Source of the DNA: an uncultured Nitrososphaeraceae archaeon
Lineage (GTDB): Archaea; Thermoproteota; Nitrososphaeria; Nitrososphaerales; Nitrososphaeraceae
Length of the DNA: 64,000 nucleotides
Direction of reading: 5' to 3'
Assembly: GCA_963729045.1 (NCBI GenBank)
Contig: CAVSMN010000013.1
Location: 32,001 to 96,000 of the forward strand
Part shown: positions 1-10,392 of the stretch, piece by piece
Layout of the letters: each line of letters starts with the position of its first letter
Position numbering within the stretch: position 1 is the stretch's first letter
Notes under the pieces: generated by a model
Seen by the model: only the letters and a program-made list of their open reading frames with translations
Database searches by the model: none
What the model was told of the DNA's origin: nothing
Program-made: the position numbers and the translations under genes

Positions 1-1
1 T

Positions 2-664
2 ATGATGAAAGTAATTTCAGTTAACGTGGGATTACCCAGACAGGTTTCATATGGGAAGCGACAAGTTGTTACGAGCATATTCAAAGAACCTGTAGAGCGA
101 AGGGTAAAAGTAACCACACTTAATTTGGATGGGGATGCACAAGCAGACCTGTCGGTTCATGGTGGATTTGACAAGGCGGTTTATTCATATCCTGAGGAAC
201 ATTACAAATATTGGAAAGAAGTATACCCTACAATTGTTATGCCTTTCGGGATGTTTGGAGAAAATCTTACTACTCAGGGATTAACTGAAGACATGGTAAA
301 CATAGGTGATCAATATCAAATCGGTTCAACACGGTTAGTTGTAACACAACCTCGAATGCCTTGTTATAAACTAGGGATCAAATTTGGTCGCATGGATGTC
401 TTAGAGAAATTCGTCAATAGTCGACGTCCAGGAATATATTACAAGGTATTAGAAGAAGGTGAATTAGGTGCCGGGGACGACATAAAATTGTTATACAGGG
501 ATAAAAATAATGTTACTATAAATGATATTGTTAGTTTATATATAAATGATAGTAATAATAGAGAAATTGTATCCAAAATGAAAAGAGCAACAAAATTAGA
601 ATTTTTGCCCGAATCCTGGAGAATTTATTTTGGTCAAAAAGTAGCCCGGTTGCAGAAGAGCTAG
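2..664 (+). CDS. MOSC domain protein (YiiM-like)
   Basis: GDAQADLSVHGG-DKAV, FGENLT and QPRMPCYK motifs typical of the YiiM/MOSC family. Confidence 0.9.
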   Translation: MMKVISVNVGLPRQVSYGKRQVVTSIFKEPVERRVKVTTLNLDGDAQADLSVHGGFDKAVYSYPEEHYKYWKEVYPTIVMPFGMFGENLTTQGLTEDMVNIGDQYQIGSTRLVVTQPRMPCYKLGIKFGRMDVLEKFVNSRRPGIYYKVLEEGELGAGDDIKLLYRDKNNVTINDIVSLYINDSNNREIVSKMKRATKLEFLPESWRIYFGQKVARLQKS

Positions 665-843
665 ATACTAACTAATTAAATCTTTGTGCTTTTAGCAAAT
701 GATACTATATTGATTTGTATCTTTGTATCATGCTTTACCTAATCCATCTATTTATTTTAAGATATAAACCCATTGATAGCAATATTTGTTGAATAATTTT
801 TGATTTTAAATCCATAATCATATTTAATTATCGATCATCAAAG

Positions 844-2682
844 TTATCTATCTGGATTAGAAAGTTGGTCTTGTACCGGCAAACTAAATCCAAAGGTTAC
901 ACCCTTTCCATCTTGATTGTTTTTAGCCCAAATCCTTCCACCATGGGCTTCGATTATCTTTTTAGAAACATACAAACCAAGTCCTGTTCCTCTGCTCGAT
1001 TTTTTTACAAATCTAGTAAATAACAGAGGTAGATCATCTGGATGAATTCCATGTCCCGGGTCACTTATAGTAACCTCTATTTCCTTTCCATTGTTTATTT
1101 TTTTCATATTTATTTTTATTTCATCCTCGTCCTTTGTAAATTCAAGGGCATTATCTATCAAGTTCATGATAACTTGCGTCAATTGAGATTCGTCAGCATT
1201 TAATATTTGACTGTCATTAGGAGCATATGACTCTTCAAGTACAATATTATACTTGCGATCACCTTTTTTACGATCTTGGTAGTTAATCATTATCTCTGTT
1301 ATCAATTTCTTGAGGTTGATTGGTCCTTTATTTAGTAGCAATAGATCATTATCTAGTTGCGATATTTCAAAGACTATATCCACCAATCTCTTGAGCCGTT
1401 TCGCATTTCTATTTATTGCTTCCATAGGATGTTTATATAACTCAATGTTACCAATAGATTTCATTAAAATATCTGAGAAGCCCAGTAACGATTGTACCGG
1501 ATTTCTTAATTCATGAGCAGCTATGTTTATAAATTCCTTCTGCATATTATCGTGAATCTGGACATTTCTATTTGCTATTTCGAGTTTCCTATTTGTATCT
1601 TCCAATTCCTTGGTCCTTTTCTTAACTGATTTATCCAAGGTACTGTTAACTTTACTTAGGAACAAGATCAATAAAAGTACTACTGCGATTATTCCTATTA
1701 TTAAAGTCAGCATTTGCAGCCTTTCCATGTCTATTATTTCATTAATTTTTGAATAAATAAAGGAGGTTGGCGATATCACAAATACAGAGTACTTGGGAGA
1801 GCCCTCAATGATGACCGGGTATCCCGTAGTTAGTCTTTCATTGTTTAGCAACTTGTATACTGCAGAAGATGGAGCCCCTGACATGACTGTTTTTACTAGA
1901 TTGTTTAGCATGTCATTATGCCCAGTTAAATTTTGGGTAAAATTTCCAAAAAAAGGTTTTCCTACGATTGATGGTATAGGATGTACCAACAGCATATCCC
2001 TGTTATCTAAAACTGACAAATACTGTGACTGTATGTCGTAGACATTGCCATAATAGTTAAAAAATTCATTAGTTGGAATTACTACCCCGACCAAGCCATT
2101 ATAATAAGAACCACTGATATTTGTTGTGATGATTGGGTAAGTCATTGCAATTCTATTTTTACCATCTATTCCAACAAACATGTCAGAAATTACAGGAGAC
2201 ATTGTATTTTTTGTCTGATTAACCCAGCTCCTAAAAGAAAAGTCCTTTCCTGCATAAGAGGGGTTTCCATTAGGGGCCATATCAATAACAGCGATCCCAT
2301 TTTTATTTTGAAGGAACAATCTATCCACAGGAGTAGTGGAATTTATCTTGTTGTAATAATCTACTAATAGGCTTTTGGTCAAATTGGATGTAAAATCTCC
2401 ATCTTGAATATTACCAGACATTGCTAATCCTTGCAGTCTTGATAAAATCAATTCTATGTCCGACTGCAAGTGATGTGCTATCGCACGACTCGAATCAATT
2501 TGAACTTGCTTTTGTTGTTCAAATATGCTGTCTCTTATACTCTCTTCTGTTTCTTGTTGTAAATAGAAAAATAAAATAAGCGGGATTATGACTATGAAAA
2601 TAGCAGCAGTATAGATTGAATTATTTACTGTAAAAAACTTTGAAATTGATTCCTTTAAATTATTGAATCTGCCCAGTTTCAT
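844..2682 (-). CDS. Membrane sensor histidine kinase with extracellular Cache-like domain
   Basis: Two TM helices flanking a sensor domain; H-box AAHELRNP, N-box NLIDNA, G-boxes DPGHGI and GTGLGL. Confidence 0.92.
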   Translation of the reverse strand: MKLGRFNNLKESISKFFTVNNSIYTAAIFIVIIPLILFFYLQQETEESIRDSIFEQQKQVQIDSSRAIAHHLQSDIELILSRLQGLAMSGNIQDGDFTSNLTKSLLVDYYNKINSTTPVDRLFLQNKNGIAVIDMAPNGNPSYAGKDFSFRSWVNQTKNTMSPVISDMFVGIDGKNRIAMTYPIITTNISGSYYNGLVGVVIPTNEFFNYYGNVYDIQSQYLSVLDNRDMLLVHPIPSIVGKPFFGNFTQNLTGHNDMLNNLVKTVMSGAPSSAVYKLLNNERLTTGYPVIIEGSPKYSVFVISPTSFIYSKINEIIDMERLQMLTLIIGIIAVVLLLILFLSKVNSTLDKSVKKRTKELEDTNRKLEIANRNVQIHDNMQKEFINIAAHELRNPVQSLLGFSDILMKSIGNIELYKHPMEAINRNAKRLKRLVDIVFEISQLDNDLLLLNKGPINLKKLITEIMINYQDRKKGDRKYNIVLEESYAPNDSQILNADESQLTQVIMNLIDNALEFTKDEDEIKINMKKINNGKEIEVTISDPGHGIHPDDLPLLFTRFVKKSSRGTGLGLYVSKKIIEAHGGRIWAKNNQDGKGVTFGFSLPVQDQLSNPDR

Positions 2683-2951
2683 AATATATAACTATGTAGA
2701 TGGCATGAATAAATTGTTATTTCTCTAATATTGCATAAACTCACAAAACTGTGTCTTGATTTATTGAATTATGAGATCCAATATCCTTTTTTGGTTTGGA
2801 TTGTAGTCCGCACTTGATTTTTCTATACGTGGATTAATCATTCAATTGCTAGCCATCAAAGTTGAGTCATCTTGCTCAATTTTTCTGTAATTCTGCGTTG
2901 ACTTAGATTTAAGTTATATATTATATATTATATATCGGCCATTATTTCCAT

Positions 2952-3956
2952 ATGTGGAACTGTAAGCAAACTAACTACAAATTATTTCTTTGTTGCACTA
3001 TATCTATTGTTTTGATGTCATCATTTTGTTCGACAAATATTATATTTGCTCAAAATCATGAGTCTCCTTCATTTGGCCCTATATCGCCTGATACAAAATT
3101 TGAATTCAAAAGAGAGATAGCTTCACAAACTGAAAACTTAAATTCTACTCAAATTTTTCAGCCTGAAGGAATAATAGTCGATAGTAATGATAACTTGTAC
3201 GTCAACGATATTCAGTCAAATGAAATAAAGAAATATGATATGAATGGAAATTTTATTCTAAAATGGGGAAATCAAACTGCTAATGGAACTCCGCTAAATC
3301 ATCCTCATAGTAATGAAATCGATAAACAAGGGAATATTTACATTACAGATCAAAATAACAAACGAGTTGTAATGTTCTCTCCAAATGGTACGTTCATAAC
3401 ATCTTGGGGTGAAAATGAAAATAGTGGTGCGAATTTTCTACATCCACATGGCATTGCAGTAGATTCCCAGAATGATGTCTTTGTATCTGACAGAGATCTT
3501 GATACTATTCAAAAGTTCTCTCCAAATGGTACGTTCATAGCTTCATGGGGTAGCGAAGGTACAGGGAATGGTCAGTTCGAAATGCCATGGGATGTTACGG
3601 TTGATAGTGGAAATAATGTTTTTGTGCCTGATTATGGGAATAATCGAATTCAAGTTTTCTCCAACAACGGTACATTTCTTAGGGATTGGGGGACAGAAGG
3701 AAAGGGCGCCGGAGAATTTAATCATCCAGCAGTAATAGCATTCGACAATGCCGAAAATCTATACGTGACAGACTCAGACAACCAAAGAATTCAAATATTT
3801 TCGAAAAACGGTACATATATTACAGGATTTGGACAAATGGGTGAAGGTCCCGGGGAATTTTCGAAACCAGAGAGTATAACCATTGATTCTAATGGACGTG
3901 TATATGTGGCAGACACTACTAATAACAACGTTCAGTTGTTTATATCTTCTAATTGA
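2952..3956 (+). CDS. Secreted NHL-repeat beta-propeller protein
   Basis: Signal peptide followed by six repeats of the F-x-x-P-x-GIAVD..N.YV.D..N.RIQ.F type. Confidence 0.9.
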   Translation: MWNCKQTNYKLFLCCTISIVLMSSFCSTNIIFAQNHESPSFGPISPDTKFEFKREIASQTENLNSTQIFQPEGIIVDSNDNLYVNDIQSNEIKKYDMNGNFILKWGNQTANGTPLNHPHSNEIDKQGNIYITDQNNKRVVMFSPNGTFITSWGENENSGANFLHPHGIAVDSQNDVFVSDRDLDTIQKFSPNGTFIASWGSEGTGNGQFEMPWDVTVDSGNNVFVPDYGNNRIQVFSNNGTFLRDWGTEGKGAGEFNHPAVIAFDNAENLYVTDSDNQRIQIFSKNGTYITGFGQMGEGPGEFSKPESITIDSNGRVYVADTTNNNVQLFISSN

Positions 3957-4079
3957 TTAAAGACCTTATTTACCCAAGGTTACAAGATCATTTTAATCTT
4001 TTTTTACATATTTTATTTTTGAAATACTCTATTTTTTCACAATAAATTCAACATCCTATGAAGGTTTTATCGGAAGATA

Positions 4080-4433
4080 TTATTCTGGAAAAATGCCAAA
4101 AAAAGTCTTTATGAATTTTCTTTTAGCTAATTTCAAAGCCTTCTCGCCCTTATCAGTCAAACTATATACTATTGTTTTACCATCTCTTTCCTCAACAATG
4201 AAACCTAATTCTTTTAGACCTTTTAGTGCCGGATATATTGTTCCGGGACTTAGTTTTTTCTCACCTTTTCTAATTGCAATTTCTCCAGCTAGTTCTTGAC
4301 CATGCATTGGTTTTTTCGAAAGTAAGAAAAGGATCAGAAAGCCCAACATTCCTCTCATGTCGCAGCAATCTCCTCCCTCTCTCCCTCTCTCCCTCTCTCC
4401 CTCTCTTTCTATGTCCACCCTTTCTCCGCGCAT
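4080..4433 (-). CDS. PadR-family transcriptional regulator
   Basis: LLSKKPMHGQEL..SPGTIYPALK.L..G..Y.LT.KG motif. Start moved to ATG 4433 (or later) because the longer ORF overlaps the divergent gene. Confidence 0.88.
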   Translation of the reverse strand: MRGERVDIEREGERERGREGGDCCDMRGMLGFLILFLLSKKPMHGQELAGEIAIRKGEKKLSPGTIYPALKGLKELGFIVEERDGKTIVYSLTDKGEKALKLAKRKFIKTFFGIFPE

Positions 4434-4525
4434 AGATAATAAAGGTATTGGGTATCCGATATATATAAATACATCTTGAATGCTATGTATCGTATGTCCG
4501 ATGATATGGATGAGGAGGTGGAATA

Positions 4526-4693
4526 ATGGGTTGCGGTTGTAATTACAGTGGTGTAAACGCTGTTGGAGTACAGAAATCAAGAAGCTTTCTAACTCGTGAA
4601 GAAAAAGTAGATTTATTGAAGGAATACAAAAATGATTTAGAGAAAGAGGTCAAAGGAGTATCAGAAAGGATCAACGAGTTAGAAGCATCATAA
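4526..4693 (+). CDS. Small coiled-coil protein (DUF5320-like), absent from ORF track
   Basis: Hand translation MGCGCNYSGVNAVGVQKSRSFLTREEKVDLLKEYKNDLEKEVKGVSERINELEAS; GGAGGTG Shine-Dalgarno upstream; T-tract after the stop. Confidence 0.8.
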   Translation: MGCGCNYSGVNAVGVQKSRSFLTREEKVDLLKEYKNDLEKEVKGVSERINELEAS

Positions 4694-4819
4694 TTTTTTT
4701 ATCTATATTTTTCGCTATTTTATCATATTTTAGTAACTCAATATTTTATGACGACCTTAAAATATCAACTAGTTTGTGTTCGGTAAATATTTGGCTGAAC
4801 TTACATCTAATTAATTGTA

Positions 4820-5188
4820 TTATCCTTTCTTTGGATAATAACGAACTTTGCTAAATTCGTTTACTCTATACTCATCAGAAAAAATGACTCCTTCATTTTG
4901 CAGTAATTCTTTCTTTTTCTGGGTTCCAAGGGCATACCCACCTATTTTGCCATTGGACATGACGACCCGGTGGCAAGGTACTTTAATCGGATTTGGATTC
5001 TTGCTCAATATTCTTCCAACATGCCTTGAAGCAGCGGGGTTTCCAAGGGCTTTGGCAAGATCTCCATAGGTAGAAACTTTGCCTTTAGGAATGGTTAATA
5101 GCATACTGTAAACATCTTCACTGTTTATTGTCTTGGTCAATGGTCTTTTGCTAATATTCTTGTCCTGCTTGAGACTATTTTGCTTCAT
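4820..5188 (-). CDS. ogt: O6-methylguanine-DNA methyltransferase (MGMT, C-terminal domain only)
   Basis: IPKGKVSTYGDLA..AASRHVG and active-site PCHRV. Confidence 0.88.
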   Translation of the reverse strand: MKQNSLKQDKNISKRPLTKTINSEDVYSMLLTIPKGKVSTYGDLAKALGNPAASRHVGRILSKNPNPIKVPCHRVVMSNGKIGGYALGTQKKKELLQNEGVIFSDEYRVNEFSKVRYYPKKG

Positions 5189-5520
5189 GTATATATAATA
5201 TCTTAAGATCTTATTTAAATTTATTCAAATACGATAGCATGATATCGAAAATATTCTTCATTCATACTATACATCTGACACTTGCCCCATTATTTAATTA
5301 TAAATATAGAATAAACGATTGGTTTTCGTTAATTAATGTTCTAATTCTTTTGATTAATTCATGATTTGAATCCCTCTTGGATTCATGATATTCTCTGGCT
5401 GTTTTGCTTGAACATCTAAATCTGAGAATTCATGATTTTGCATATCACTCATATTCAGTACATTACCATCTAAACCTACTACATAACCTGATCAATAGCA
5501 ATTCATGTCAAGGTTCAAAA

Positions 5521-5574
5521 TTCTAGAAATCCTAGAGTATTAGAATATTGCAACTTGTTAGCAAACCAAATATA
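5521..5574 (+). promoter_or_regulatory. Conserved upstream element of the Q/N-repeat gene family (copy 1)
   Basis: About 80% identical by manual alignment to the reverse complement of 10393-10447; contains tandem TAGA(A/G)TAT and ends in a TATA-like AATATA. Confidence 0.65.
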
Positions 5575-5623
5575 CTTATTTTATGTTAATAAGGGGGTGA
5601 ATAAATCTATTATTCAATATAAA

Positions 5624-6940
5624 ATGAACAGTGGGAAAAATATCCTAGCGTCATTTGCAGCGGTAGTAGCACTATCATTATTACTTTTGATAGGGCCAAC
5701 TTCGATGTCAATGAATGCATTTGCTCAAGGCAATTCAGCTAATCAAGGTATAGGTCAATCACAAACTTCAACGCAACTTGGTGTTTGTGTATCGGGAACT
5801 GGTACTCTTATTTCTTGTAATAATTTGAATTCACAAAATCAAGCAAACAGCGGAAACAACGCATTAGCTCAACAAGGTGGTAGTGGTAAAGGCGGTAACA
5901 CTGCTAACCAAGCAATCGGTCAAGCACAATCCTCTAACCAAAATGCCTTGTGCGTTTCAGGAACTGGTACTTTTGTTTCTTGTAATAATTTGAATTCACA
6001 AAATCAAGCAAACAGCGGAAACAACGCATTAGCTCAACAAGGTGGTAGTGGTAGTGGCAGTGGAAAAGGTAAAAGTGGCGGCGGTAACACTGCTAACCAA
6101 GCAATCGGTCAAGCACAATCCTCTAACCAAAACAGCGGTGTAGTATCTGGTGGCAATACAGCAGGTTCAGGTAACAATGTAAATGACCAGAATCAAAAAA
6201 ACACCGGAAATAATGCAGCAGCCCAAAGTGGCGGCAGTGGTAGTGGCAGTGGAAAAGGTAAAGGTGGCGGCGGTAACACAGCTAACCAAGGTATAGGCCA
6301 ATCACAAACCTCTAACCAAAACGCACAATGTGTATCTGGAGGAAATACAGCAAATTCATGCAATAATGTAAACAATCAAAACCAAGCAAACAGCGGAAAT
6401 AATGCAGCAGCTCAACAAGGTGGTAGTGGTAGTGGCAGTGGAAAAGGCAAAGGTGGCGGCGGTAACACTGCTAACCAAGGTATAGGCCAATCACAATCCT
6501 CTAACCAAAACGCACAATGTGTTGGTGGCGGAAACGTAGCTGATTCATGTAATAATACCAGTACTCAAAACCAAGCAAACAGCGGAAGCAATGCAGTAGG
6601 ACAACAAGGTGGTAGTGGTAGTGGTGGTAATACTGCTAATCAAGGTATAGGCCAATCACAATCTTCTAACCAAAACGCACAATGTGTAGCAGGCGGCTCC
6701 TTAAGCAATTCATGTAGCAACAAAAATACTCAAAACCAACAAAACAGCGGAAATAATGCAGCAGCCCAAAGTGGCGGTAGTGGCAGTGGCGGTAACAGTG
6801 CTAATCAAGGTATAGGCCAATCACAATCTTCTAACCAAAACTCACAATGTGTGTCTGGTAAAGATGCTATTGTATCTTGCGACAATGAAAACTTCCAAAA
6901 CCAAGTAAACAGCGGAAATAACGCCTTAGGTCAACAATAA
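5624..6940 (+). CDS. Secreted Gln/Asn/Gly/Ser-rich repeat protein, 7 x ~48-aa C-x9-C repeats
   Basis: Signal peptide ending NAFA; repeat NxANQxIGQxQxSNQNxxCVxG-x5-SCNNxNxQNQxNSGNNAxxQ joined by G/S/K linkers. ATG 5624 preferred over TTG 5555. Confidence 0.88.
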   Translation: MNSGKNILASFAAVVALSLLLLIGPTSMSMNAFAQGNSANQGIGQSQTSTQLGVCVSGTGTLISCNNLNSQNQANSGNNALAQQGGSGKGGNTANQAIGQAQSSNQNALCVSGTGTFVSCNNLNSQNQANSGNNALAQQGGSGSGSGKGKSGGGNTANQAIGQAQSSNQNSGVVSGGNTAGSGNNVNDQNQKNTGNNAAAQSGGSGSGSGKGKGGGGNTANQGIGQSQTSNQNAQCVSGGNTANSCNNVNNQNQANSGNNAAAQQGGSGSGSGKGKGGGGNTANQGIGQSQSSNQNAQCVGGGNVADSCNNTSTQNQANSGSNAVGQQGGSGSGGNTANQGIGQSQSSNQNAQCVAGGSLSNSCSNKNTQNQQNSGNNAAAQSGGSGSGGNSANQGIGQSQSSNQNSQCVSGKDAIVSCDNENFQNQVNSGNNALGQQ

Positions 6941-6976
6941 ACTTCCTCCTCTTTTTTTTACTATTACTTTAACTTT
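6923..6976 (+). terminator. Shared gene end and T-rich terminator (copy 1)
   Basis: gccttaggtcaacaataaacttcctcctc(T)8actattactttaacttt, near-identical to the reverse complement of 13099-13151. Confidence 0.65.
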
Positions 6977-7268
6977 AATCATAATATCTTACAAATTAAT
7001 CAAATCTAGATAAACTAGCCCTGCTAGCTTTTTCTTGAATATCAAATACTGAAGAAAATTTTCAAAAAACCTTGGCCACCCTTTGTGTGCCAATAAAAAG
7101 TAACTATTGTTTAATCGCTTCAAGTTATAGATATGATTTATTAGGACTTGGAACAGAAATAGAAGGTTCATGATAAAAGGAAAATTTTTAGTCTCATTTA
7201 AATCTCATTTACTGATAATATTAGCACAACTAGTGGTAGTATCAGTACTTCAAATTCTCATGCAATAA

Positions 7269-8060
7269 TTAAGTTGAGAGTCTTGATTCCAAATCTTCAA
7301 TTTTCTTCCTTATTTCCTTTATTTCAAATAATATTTCCTTTTGGGTAACGGGTTTGGCTAGTTCGATCTCCAAATTTTTGTACGCTTCCTCAGACTTTCT
7401 TACGATCACTGCTACAAAAATATTAATAACTATAAACGTTCCTATCACTATGAAACTAATAAAGTAGATCCCGTATAGTGGATTTACAAGAGTGACCGCA
7501 GACATAACCTCTATCCACCCCTCCAGAGTTAATATTTGGAATAATGTTAAAAGTGATTTGGACAGGGAACCCCAATGAATTGGATCTATGTCACTAAATA
7601 AATAATATCCAGCGATACCATACATGAAAAAGAGTAGAGATAAGAGCAAAAAGATATTTATCATACTAGGGATTGATTTGATAATTGTCATAACTACAAC
7701 AGACATTTCTTTGGATCTGTGGGTTAGCCTTGTTACACGCAAAAGTCTAACTAAACGAGCGACGGTTGTGTATCCTTCACTAAGGGGCAGCAGAGAGACT
7801 ACAATTATTGAAAAATCCAAAATATTCCAACCATTCTTGAAATAGGTTGAAAAGTGAGGGTAGGAGGCAGCAATCTTTAAGGCAGCTTCGGCTATGTAAA
7901 TAACCAAGACCATCAAACTAATAATTTCAAATATTAGATAATACTCAGTCAACTCTGGAATAGTTTCTAATACTAAAACTGCAGCTTGCAATAATATTAC
8001 GAAAGTTATGAAATTATTAAAGGCAGGATAATTAATTGTTTTTCTTATCGTAGTTAGCAT
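7269..8060 (-). CDS. Voltage-gated cation channel (BacNav-like, 6TM)
   Basis: WNILDF in S3, S4 RLVRLLRVTR, pore FQILTLEGWIEVM, C-terminal coiled coil. Confidence 0.9.
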   Translation of the reverse strand: MLTTIRKTINYPAFNNFITFVILLQAAVLVLETIPELTEYYLIFEIISLMVLVIYIAEAALKIAASYPHFSTYFKNGWNILDFSIIVVSLLPLSEGYTTVARLVRLLRVTRLTHRSKEMSVVVMTIIKSIPSMINIFLLLSLLFFMYGIAGYYLFSDIDPIHWGSLSKSLLTLFQILTLEGWIEVMSAVTLVNPLYGIYFISFIVIGTFIVINIFVAVIVRKSEEAYKNLEIELAKPVTQKEILFEIKEIRKKIEDLESRLST

Positions 8061-8371
8061 ACTATGTCAAGTTCAACTAGAGAATATTTTTAATTTTGGA
8101 TCTGTGGTGATAGCAGACTGTAATCAATATGAATATCACTATTACTTTTATCTTACATATCGACGAAATCCTCGAGGTATATAATATGTATATCATCAAA
8201 ATATTTGATACTCCACTTCTATCTAACCCGATACTCATTCATCTTAGGTAATTGTGACTCTAGAATGATAAATAGGTGTAAAAAATAAAGCATTGTGAAA
8301 CATACGCATATAATTCATTTTCGATGACAAGATTTTTGAACGAATTACTATTACAAAATTTTAGATGAGAA

Positions 8372-8671
8372 CTAATCAAGCATGTTAATTTTTTTCACAC
8401 CAACATCCGATACAATATAAAAATCTTCAGAAATCTGTATGATGTCACCCATAGTTATCTTGGAATGATGTCGTTTGTATTTTAAAGAAATCCCAAAAGG
8501 ATTTGCCTCTTCGACGAACTTTATCCAAACTCTCCCCGGGCTCAATATATTCTTAAATTCTGCTTCCCATACCAATTCATAAATCGTAGAGAGTGCTTGT
8601 CGACTCAATTTACTTGAGCCAAGCATGATTTCAGGATTAGTTTCTTTATAAAAATAAACTCTAACTATCAT
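8372..8671 (-). CDS. Hypothetical protein, possibly YodL-like
   Basis: 99-aa ORF; C-terminal HSKITMGDII..FYIVSDVG resembles the YodL motif. Confidence 0.5.
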   Translation of the reverse strand: MIVRVYFYKETNPEIMLGSSKLSRQALSTIYELVWEAEFKNILSPGRVWIKFVEEANPFGISLKYKRHHSKITMGDIIQISEDFYIVSDVGVKKINMLD

Positions 8672-9302
8672 TAAAGGTAACTATGTATTTTTTATTACAA
8701 TTGAGGTTTATTATTGCTATGATTTGGGACGGATTCCTTATTGAAATATAAAGAAAATGAGGTATCCCTAGGATACCTACTTCAATTAATTATCTGTTTG
8801 TCTTTTTTTATCGCATTTATATATCCAATGACTAAAAGAAAAAGAAATCAACCATTAGACCTTGAAGTAACTATTCATCATAATTCATAAATATGTTAAA
8901 GTTGTAATAACATCAAGTTCTCTCATGGGTGCTTTTTTAGCAAACATGATTAGAGCCCCTTAAGGGCTCCAAATGAATATATCTATCTTAATTCTATAGC
9001 AGCACGATGATTGATTGAAAATATTTATAACGTTTATCACAAAGGAAAAAATCCAATGAAAAAATTGAGTTTTAGTTAAATGGGGAATTTTCTATCAATA
9101 CTATGATCTAGTTAGCAAAAAATTCTTAAGAATAACTTCTATAATGAACTCAACAAACTCAGCCTTATTTATTATAGAATAAATGGAGAAGTCTGTAAAG
9201 TCAAGGTTATCTATGGAAATCAAGAAATAATCTATTTATTGTGTTTCTCTTTATGGAAATTAAATTTAAAAACTTTTATAGCAATTACAATTAAATTCAT
9301 TA

Positions 9303-9713
9303 TTGTCTGACAGTACAAAAAACACTTCCTCTAATTACAATCAATGCCGTCTTCTGATTGTAGATGATGAAAAGGATTTGTTATTTGTATACGAAAAAGC
9401 TCTAAAATTAGTAGGTATGGAAATCTCTACGTTTGACAACCCAGACATGGCATTTAAGGAATTTAAAAAGAATCCGGAAATGTATAGATTGTTATTAACA
9501 GACATGCGCATGCCGAGCATGAATGGATATGAATTAATAAATAAGGTAAAAGCTATCAGGCCCGAAATAAGGACTATCTTAATATCTGCTTACGATATCA
9601 CACAAGATGAAATTACACGAAATCTAAACCCTAATATAAGAATAGATGGATTGATTTGCAAGCCCATTGCATTGGAGCGTTTAAGAGAAATCATCATTGA
9701 TGTCTTAAAATGA
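9303..9713 (+). CDS. Stand-alone response regulator receiver
   Basis: LLIVDDE, LLLTDMRMPSMNG, ISA and KP motifs. Confidence 0.92.
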   Translation: MSDSTKNTSSNYNQCRLLIVDDEKDLLFVYEKALKLVGMEISTFDNPDMAFKEFKKNPEMYRLLLTDMRMPSMNGYELINKVKAIRPEIRTILISAYDITQDEITRNLNPNIRIDGLICKPIALERLREIIIDVLK

Positions 9714-9917
9714 ATATTTGATGAGCCTCCTATGTCCTCTAACCGTTAATTTTAAGGCTAGGCATATCAAATCCAACTAACGGTTCGGAAAAGGAAATTG
9801 ACCTTGAGAGAAAACAGAAGCAGTGGAGATAATTCGTATATTATTTAAAATTTGATGACATACAGATTGAAAAGAAATGTGTAATTAATACATACAATAC
9901 AAGAAAGAAAAAGAAGT

Positions 9918-10370
9918 TTATCCTTGTGCTAATGCGTTGCTTCCTGTATTTTCTTGACTTTGGACGTTAATGTTGTTACCAGAACCTATTGTATCTGCAC
10001 CTGATACTACTTGGCTGTTTTGGCTGGAGGATTGAGATTGGCTGATGCTTTGTTCTGCAGAGTTTCCACCCTGTCCACCTTGTGCTAATGCGTTGTTTCC
10101 ACTGTTCTTTTGGTGTTGGAAACTAAGGTTGTTGCATGAGAGAAAGGTTGTTCCACCTGATACACATCCAGCATTTTGGTTTGATGATTGTGATTGATCT
10201 ATGGACTGTTTTGCTTTATTTTTCTTGTTGTGTGTGGCTAAAGCATCATCTACATTGAGCATTGGACTGACAAATAGGGTTAATGCTACTACTATTGCAA
10301 TTGATGCGACAAAGATTTTGCTGTTTTTGTTTTTGTTTTTGTTTTGGTTGTGAATATTTGTTTTATTCAT
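9918..10370 (-). CDS. Secreted Q/N-rich repeat protein, 2 repeats (paralog of 5624-6940)
   Basis: Signal peptide; KAKQSIDQSQSSNQNAGCVSGGTTFLSCNNLSFQHQKNSGNNALAQ plus a second, Cys-less repeat. Confidence 0.88.
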   Translation of the reverse strand: MNKTNIHNQNKNKNKNSKIFVASIAIVVALTLFVSPMLNVDDALATHNKKNKAKQSIDQSQSSNQNAGCVSGGTTFLSCNNLSFQHQKNSGNNALAQGGQGGNSAEQSISQSQSSSQNSQVVSGADTIGSGNNINVQSQENTGSNALAQG

Positions 10371-10392
10371 ACCTTTGATACTATAGAAAAAA

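Noticed and set aside
1310..2041. Short ORFs antisense to the histidine kinase (and similar antisense ORFs throughout the track)
   Set aside because: Fully nested opposite well-supported genes and lacking motifs.
4434..4580. Long N-terminal extension of PadR in the ORF track
   Set aside because: It overlaps the divergent promoter region and the small gene at 4526, which has a strong RBS.
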